A stretch of DNA of 64,000 nt, taken from NCBI GenBank assembly GCA_004764695.1, contig SMSO01000033.1:2418001-2482000 (forward strand), read 5' to 3'. This document shows, piece after piece, positions 56,701 through 64,000 of this stretch (the first letter of the stretch is position 1; the number at the start of each line of letters is the position of its first letter). The notes beneath the pieces are model-generated. The model had not been told where the DNA came from. It did not search any database and saw nothing but the letters and a program-made list of their open reading frames with translations. Source of the DNA: Schizochytrium sp. TIO01. Its lineage: Eukaryota > Protista > Bigyra: Labyrinthulomycetes. The position numbers were made by a program, and so were the translations under genes.

Positions 56701-57639
56701 GCTTTCGTTGTTGCCTTTCTTTCCCTGTTTTATCCAAAGAACTCTTCAGTATTCATTTTCTATTTTTTCTGAAGTGCGCATACTTAGCGCTTCATTGCTG
56801 GTCTTTGAGGAAAAAAAAACCTATACCAAACAATATCTAACAATATATGAAGGGGGCGTCTTAAACGTCGACATCAATTGGGGGAAGCATGTGGTAGTAG
56901 TAATATGTACTTTACTCTAAGTGTCAAAAGAACAAGGGTGATGTACTCTGTAACTTAAGGCGAGAGTTGACGGAAGTACATGATAAAATAAACTCTTTAG
57001 TATACCCCTTTCAAGATTGTTCTGTTTCGTTCTTAGATAAATAGCATGTACAAATTTCTCATCTGGGGTATTGAAGAAGTTTATTGGGGATATTGGGGAG
57101 TATATTAAAACTTAATGCTATTTTGCGCGAAACACTGTGGTGGTAAAGTCATATAGTACACTATTCTAGGTCTAGTCGATACGTTCGAACCTTCTAAAAG
57201 AACAGTTATTGTAGCTCCAACCTTAAGTTTCATAGACAAGTACGTACAGGATAGTCACGGATAGTCACGGATCATAGCTCATCGTATACAGTATTCAAAA
57301 CTTCATATATAATTTCCACCATCACTTTGAACTATACTAAATGGCATAATTAATTAATACAAGATATACAAGATATGAGATACGGATCCTTCGATAAATT
57401 TAACTTGTATCTAGAGTTAAAATCAAAATTTGATTCGAACTAAAACACTAAAAGAAACTTTCTACCGCGGCTGTTCCACTGGTGTTTCTTGAATAGCTGT
57501 ACTATTAGTTACGGACAATGTTCTACTTATACATACTGTTCCTCTTTAACGCTTCAATATTACTTACGAACTTTGTTCTACTCGTTGATGTTCTTCCTAT
57601 TGAACTTTATACTATTTATTTACTATTAAAATAAAGACG

Positions 57640-59125
57640 TGTTATAGATACTGTTCTTCTCAAACTTTACTTGATACTGTTCTTCTTTAACTTTATGCTT
57701 TACTTAGTGTTGTTCATACTGTTCTTCTCAAACTTTATGCTTTACTTGATACTGTTCTTCTTTAACTTTATGCTTTACTTAGTGTTGTTCATACTGTTCT
57801 TCTCAAACTTTGATACTGTTCTTCTTTAACTTTATGCTTTACTTAGTGTTGTTCATACTGTTCTTCTCAAACTTTATTCTTTTCTTAGTACTGTTCATAC
57901 TGTTCTTCTCAAACTTTATGCTTTACTTAGTGCTATTGATACTGTTCTTCTCAAACTTTATGCTGTAGTTAGTGTTATTGATACTGTTCTTCTCAAACTT
58001 TATTCTTTACTTAGTATTATTGATACTGTTTATACTGTTCTTCTCAAACTTTATGCTTTAGTTAGTGTTGTTCATACTGTTCTTCTCAAACTTTATGCTT
58101 TACTTAGTGTTATTGATACTGTTCTTCTCAAACTTTATGCTTTACTTAGTGTTATTGATACTGTTCTTCTCAAACTTTATGCTTTACTTAGTGCTATTGA
58201 TACTGTTCTTCTTTAACTTTATGCTTTACTTAGTGTTGTTCATACTGTTCTTCTTTAACTTTATGCTTTACTTAGTGTTGTTGATACTGTTCTTCTCAAA
58301 CTTTATTCTTTACTTAGTATTATTGATACTGTTCTTCTCAAACTTTATTCTTTTCTTAGTGTTATTGATACTGTTCTCCTCAAACTCAATGCTTTACTTG
58401 GTATTATTCATACTGTTCTTCTCAAACTTTATGCTTTACTTAGTGTTATTGATACTGTTCTTCTCAAACTTTATGCTTTACTTAGTGTTATTGATACTGT
58501 TCTTCTCAAACTTTATGCTTTACTTAGTGCTATTGATACTGTTCTTCTTTAACTTTATGCTTTACTTAGTGTTGTTCATACTGTTCTTCTTTAACTTTAT
58601 GCTTTACTTAGTGTTGTTGATACTGTTCTTCTCAAACTTTATTCTTTACTTAGTATTATTGATACTGTTCTTCTCAAACTTTATTCTTTTCTTAGTGTTA
58701 TTGTGTTATTGGTACTGTTCTATTCAAACTTTATGCTTTACTTAGTGTTATTGATACTGTTCTTCTCAAACTTTATTCTTTACTTAGTATTATTGATACT
58801 GTTCTTCTCAAACTTTATTCTTTTCTTAGTGTTATTGTGTTATTGGTACTGTTCTATTCAAACTTTATGCTTTACTTAGTGTTATTCATACTGTTCTATT
58901 CAAACTTTATGCTTTACTTAGTGCTATTGATACTGTTCTTCTCAAACTTTATGCTTTACTTAGTGTTATTGATACTGTTCTTCTCAAACTTTATGCTTTA
59001 CTTAGTGTTATTGATACTGTTCTCCTCAAACTTAATGCTTTACTTAGTGTTATTCATACTGTTCTTCTCAAACTTTATGTTTAACCTCATCTTATTGCTT
59101 TACTTAGTGTTATTCACTGTTCTTA
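57640..59125. repeat. AT-rich 42-bp satellite (consensus ttagtgttattgatactgttcttctcaaactttatgctttac) with 336-bp higher-order repeat
   Basis: About 35 units, some truncated; the order of variant units repeats at a 336-bp offset (58081 vs 58417). Confidence 0.95.
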
Positions 59126-60068
59126 ATTTGAAGGCTATTTATTAAAAAAGAAAATTCTTAGCTTCCCAAAATTTATGCTCTACTTAAACACTGTTCTTCT
59201 TCAACTTATGTATTACAGCTTAACCTTTTTCCTTTACTTAACCTCATTGCTACTGTTCTTCTCAAACTTTATGTTCTTCTTAAACTTTATGTACTCTACT
59301 TACGGAGTGAGGAATCATGAATCCTCACATAGTTCTTCCATTCGAAATACAGAATCACTCTGTTTAGGCGTTCTGTTCTCCTTGAACTCAAAATTTGGCA
59401 CTTAATTAGTAAAATCTAACATTTACATTAGCGACGTAGTCCCAAATGCACAGCTACAGTATCATTCAAAAGAAAGATTGTTGAGTTCTCGTTTCAATAT
59501 TCAATTTTGTTCGTTCCTTACATGTAGTCTATGCTTTACTTAGTGTTATTGATACTGTTCTCCTCAAACTTAATGCTTTACTTAGTGTTATTCATACTGT
59601 TCTTCTCAAACTTTATGTTTAACCTCATCTTATTGCTTTACTTAGTGTTATTCACTGTTCTTAATTTGAAGGCTATTTATTAAAAAAGAAAATTCTTAGC
59701 TTCCCAAAATTTATGCTCTACTTAAACACTGTTCTTCTTCAACTTATGTATTACAGCTTAACCTTTTTCCTTTACTTAACCTCATTGCTACTGTTCTTCT
59801 CAAACTTTATGTTCTTCTTAAACTTTATGTACTCTACTTACGGAGTGAGGAATCATGAATCCTCACATAGTTCTTCCATTCGAAATACAGAATCACTCTG
59901 TTTAGGCGTTCTGTTCTCCTTGAACTCAAAATTTGGCACTTAATTAGTAAAATCTAACATTTACATTAGCGACGTAGTCCCAAATGCACAGCTACAGTAT
60001 CATTCAAAAGAAAGATTGTTGAGTTCTCGTTTCAATATTCAATTTTGTTCGTTCCTTACATGTAGTCT
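58993..60068. repeat. Exact 538-bp tandem duplication
   Basis: 58993-59530 repeated at 59531-60068; identical ORFs 59175-59405 and 59713-59943. Confidence 0.95.
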
Positions 60069-60809
60069 AACTCAACTGTCCAACTGGTCTATACATTACC
60101 TGCCACTTCCGACCGGACACAGTCCCGAACGTGCGAGGAATACGACATATACGAATACGAAACACACTATGCTGTGACTCTGGATACCAAGCAAAAAGGA
60201 AACCAACTTATACTTTACATCACTAACCTCTTCTTTTTCACACAGTTCACTGTACTTATCAATAAAGACCCCCTGCGATACCTCGGAATCAGACATCAAG
60301 CACGCGCCTTGGACAGATTTCATTCCTTCAAGGAGAACTCGTCCCCTCACATCAGACAGTACATCGACGCAAGATTCGAGGTCGCAACTTTCATACTTCA
60401 GGCAGAATATCAAAATAAGTTCTCTCCGCCCATTTCGTACTCTCTCGTCATTTAAAACGTGAGAACTCTTTATGTTAAAGAGAACCGCAAGTATCTCCTT
60501 CACAAGAGCCGCTTTCAGAATGTTGGCGACTCACCCAACCTATGCCACACAGAACTGTCGATTCCTACATGCCAAGCTTAAGCATACCAGATGTTCTATT
60601 GTCCAACTTGTCTAAGACCTCCTACTTTCGCTTCTATACAATAACTTCTTCTTAGACTTGTATTTGAAACAAAAACGCGCACTTCAGATTGTGGGGTTGC
60701 CCCACCCGAGTATCTCTCTCTTTGTTTCCCTTTATTCCTTTTCCACTGTTTATTGGGAGCATTGATCTTATTTTTATTTGTTCTTCTTCTTTCCTCTCTT
60801 TCAAATCGA

Positions 60810-61034
60810 ATTCATTCATTCATTTATTCATTCATTTATTCATTTATTCATTTATTCATTTATTCATTTATTCATTTATTCATTTATTCATTTATTCATT
60901 TATTCATTTATTCATTTATTCATTTATTCATTTATTCATTTATTCATTACGTTATTCATTCATTTATTCATTTATTCATTCATTCATTCATTCATTCATT
61001 CATTCATTCATTCATTCATTCATTCATTCATTCA
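60810..61034. repeat. Compound (ATTT-ATTC)n/(ATTC)n microsatellite, probably in a 5' intron
   Basis: About 225 bp of 8-mer then 4-mer units ending just before a tgtag acceptor-like site at 61041-61045. Confidence 0.9.
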
Positions 61035-61048
61035 CTTTACTGTAGGAA

Positions 61049-62707
61049 ATGCAAGCTTTGGCAATTTTTATGTGTAGAGACAAAGAAGGGACAGCAAAGC
61101 GTGCGACGCAGAATCGAAAGCAGCTGCGAATGAAGAGGCGCTGTGCGGTTGATGCAGGGCCTCTGCGAAGAAGTCAGAGGAAACTATGGGCACCGCCATC
61201 AAGAATCATCGCTTTGGTGGCAGTGGCAATCGCTGCGGGATCAGTAGCAGTCGCGACCGGTGTTGACATTGGAGTGACCGATCATGACGATGGCTGGAAC
61301 CCTGCGTGGGACCCTGGTGAGCAGCCGATGGAGCTAAATGGTGAAGACAATACAGAATTTATCGAAAATGAAAGACGAGGACCGACTGGTAGTTTTGGAG
61401 ATGGTGATTGGGGTGAGGATGACGAAGAAGATGACTATGACGAAGAGGGTTTCGACGCCAGTTCAATCTTGGGTAAGGATGAGGATAAGATCTTGCAGGA
61501 TTTAGTTGCGAAGGAAATGCGGGACGTTGAGGATATCACGAATGATTTTGATTTCGGCCCTGGTACAGGGCTAACCGAGAGAAGCACGTTTGAGGAGGAG
61601 CTAGCGGCAGCTCTAAAGGAGACGATTCCGGACCATCTCCGCGTGAATGAGGCAGCTGTCGAAGAAGTCAACACTCTTGCAGAATTGAGGTATTTTGTCC
61701 ACTCGAAGGATGATCCTGAGCTCGTGGGTGGTGCAATCCTTGGTCTCTTCAATTTCGGGAGCGCAGAAACGCCTACACGCATCATATCTGCTGCTTCGAC
61801 TGGTGCGGGATCAGGTGGTGAGGAATCCTCTGATGGCAACACCGTCAAGCAGGCCTGGCGTAATTTCCTCATGACCTCGGAGATACTTGTAGCACACGGA
61901 TTTCGTTTCGTATTTACAAGAAATCCTAAAGTTCTTGCGCATTATAATGTAACCTCTTGGGATGCCGTCGTGATCCAGCCACCAATGCTAGCCCGTGCTA
62001 AGCATGGCGATGTGCTCGAAGTAAGCCTTTGTTCAGAAGCACAGAATCTCCAAGCCCCGGAAAAGCTTGATTTGGTAAACTTTGTGCGCGCGCACGCCAT
62101 CCCGAAAGTGATGTTGCTTACTTATGAAACTGAAGATGCTGTTGACGCAATGGATGTGCCCGTACTTACTGTGCATGGAGACTTTGATCGTGAGAAAACG
62201 CCAGAGCTTATTGCAGAATACGTTGACATGCTTGGGCGTATTTCTCAAGCTCTTGGTAGCGGCTATGCAAACGTTCTTATGACCATGGCACACAGGGGCT
62301 GGGATTCATCATTTTTACGTTTCTTCAGTTCAGAGCTTGCTTGCACGAAGACTGATCGAGAGGCAAAAGGTCGTAAATGCGTAACGATGCGCGTAGGACG
62401 TAACACCTACTACAAGCTGCAGGGCTTAATTTCAGAAGAAAGCATTGGTCAATTTGCAAAAGATGTACTAGAGGGTCGGCTTAAACCTGTTAAATTAGAT
62501 GGCCAAGCGCGCCAAGCAGCTGCAGGGATTCATGGGAACATCGAAGATCTTCACGAAGAGGAAGAGTTAGGACCTGCCCATCCCACTTTTGATCACACTG
62601 ACGAGACTGTGAACCTTGATCAACTTGACCTTCCGTCTCCAGCACCCTCAATATCGAGTGCCAAACAAGAAACCATCCCTGTTGAAGGTGTCCGCGACGA
62701 ACTTTGA
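61049..62707 (+). CDS. ER-luminal, redox-inactive thioredoxin-fold (PDI b/b'-like) protein with RDEL retention signal
   Basis: Hydrophobic signal IIALVAVAIAAGSVAVATG, acidic N-region, AILGLFN, GFRFVFT..KVLAHYNV, NFVRAHAIPKV, ISEESIGQFAKDVLEGRLKP (PDI b'-x-like), C-terminal RDEL; no CxxC. Start uncertain (61049, 61070 or 61130). Confidence 0.7.
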   Translation: MQALAIFMCRDKEGTAKRATQNRKQLRMKRRCAVDAGPLRRSQRKLWAPPSRIIALVAVAIAAGSVAVATGVDIGVTDHDDGWNPAWDPGEQPMELNGEDNTEFIENERRGPTGSFGDGDWGEDDEEDDYDEEGFDASSILGKDEDKILQDLVAKEMRDVEDITNDFDFGPGTGLTERSTFEEELAAALKETIPDHLRVNEAAVEEVNTLAELRYFVHSKDDPELVGGAILGLFNFGSAETPTRIISAASTGAGSGGEESSDGNTVKQAWRNFLMTSEILVAHGFRFVFTRNPKVLAHYNVTSWDAVVIQPPMLARAKHGDVLEVSLCSEAQNLQAPEKLDLVNFVRAHAIPKVMLLTYETEDAVDAMDVPVLTVHGDFDREKTPELIAEYVDMLGRISQALGSGYANVLMTMAHRGWDSSFLRFFSSELACTKTDREAKGRKCVTMRVGRNTYYKLQGLISEESIGQFAKDVLEGRLKPVKLDGQARQAAAGIHGNIEDLHEEEELGPAHPTFDHTDETVNLDQLDLPSPAPSISSAKQETIPVEGVRDEL

Positions 62708-64000
62708 GAATGAAATCTGTGAATTTTTTTTTATCAGACAACTGTTGGTGTTTCGTGCCTCAGCTCTAAGGATCTGATATTAATATTCACAGCGTGGCTA
62801 CTTTTTAATTTCATATATAGTTTTCTGGGCTTCGGCATGATCGTGTCCACATCCCTGAGGACCAGGAAATCAACCTCCATGAACTAGTTTTGCCAAATCA
62901 ATTGCACCGTCATTAAGCGTTTTGAGCACCGGTAAATCAGTCGCTCGTGAATACATCAAAGGTCATTTATGTGCATGGCTTCAAGGGACCAATTTTCACT
63001 TTGTTTGTAATTATCATCACAAACTTCCTTACAACCGCTAAGCGAATCATATAACCATTTAGCGCGTGTGATCCTTCAAGAGCAATGAAGGTAATGGATA
63101 CTAAGTATCTAGATGCTATATAAGTTCGACAGCACTGAAAATAAGAACATATTTTACGCCTCAATTATCTCCTTCTTGCATAAAGCCCTCAAATGCTGCT
63201 ACAGAGGGATAACTGGAGACATCTGCAGAAGCATAAATCCAGGGCAAGATTAAATTTTCGAAAAAAAATAAAAAATAAAGGGCTACAGATGGCGAACCAC
63301 GTTGATTGTTCATTAGCAATACTACACAACTTTCTAAAGTACTGGACATACCTTTAGTTCAATAAATAATAACACTAGGGGGTTCATACTACTGATGATG
63401 AAGAAGGGCAAAGCTTACCTCACGAATTATTAACCTTAAATCCCATATGTTGGAAATAATAACTCGGATGATCTCATTACTTGAGCGCATGTATCACTTT
63501 AATTGCAATCAATAACCGTGAATGATCACGCAAATCTTTGTGCCCAGACAGGCTTGCTACACGTCGCCATCATGAATATTGAATCTTGGTATCATCATAA
63601 AGATTATATGGCGAGTTCAGCGGGGGTTAGCGGGCGACTTTGAAAAAACGAAATGGCAAAGTAAGGAACTTTACAATCCAACTGCAGCGTTTTTTTTTCT
63701 TCCAAGAAACAGCATGAAACTCAATCATATGGCGAGGGCTCATTTGGAAAACAACCAGGAGTGTCTTTCGTTGTAAAGATAATTTCAGTCGAGGAATCAG
63801 GTAGAATGAGTGAAGTGCTCGCGCTAGTACACCTTGAACTTGTCTCTTAAGGTTGATTGCAGCGAGAAGTAATACACATGATTAATACACGCGAGGTTCA
63901 CCTGATAAACGTTCGGGCAGTGCTGATAGTAAAGAGTGGGTGAAGAATGAAAATTCGATTTGATTGATTCAGGTAGAAGTCTTACCGGACGAAGGAGATG

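Noticed and set aside
57640-59125. Possible CRISPR array
   Set aside because: Units are contiguous with no unique spacers, there are no cas genes and the context is eukaryotic; it is a satellite.
58065-59145. Hydrophobic ORFs (LILFFSNFMLYLV repeats) as membrane proteins
   Set aside because: By-product of the T-rich strand of a 42-bp repeat; no non-repetitive coding context.
60689-61133. FIHS/FIYS-repeat ORFs
   Set aside because: Translations of the ATTC/ATTT microsatellite.

Overview
Eukaryotic, intron-poor, gene-dense nuclear DNA. It is most consistent with a thraustochytrid (Labyrinthulomycetes, probably Aurantiochytrium-like); this is inferred from long single-exon ORFs, stramenopile-type domain architectures and a (TTAG)n array. 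About 15 apparently intact genes: eIF2B gamma, a divergent NPL4-like protein, an orphan 7TM protein, a PARP-zinc-finger/RAD16-type SNF2 ATPase, a GH27 alpha-galactosidase, a giant IQ/Sfi1-like/B-box/EF-hand protein, a Cys-rich GPI-type protein, an FHA protein, two small hypothetical proteins, YIF1, a redox-inactive PDI-like ER protein, and four co-oriented paralogs of an unusual transcription factor. These four combine a conserved N-terminal motif, a bZIP with Val/Ile in place of the invariant Asn, and a C-terminal START/SRPBCC-like domain; they are the most interesting system here. Two gene-poor islands hold decayed material. 16.2-22.5 kb contains an LRR relic, a dispersed repeat and a frameshifted Fanzor2/IS607-TnpB relic with a candidate omegaRNA end. 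52.6-61 kb contains a perfect 486-bp interstitial (TTAG)n array, a second copy of the dispersed repeat, GC-rich gene relics, an AT-rich 42-bp satellite with 336-bp higher-order structure and an exact 538-bp duplication. No rRNA, tRNA or CRISPR array was seen. All domain calls are by eye from motifs, not from database searches.
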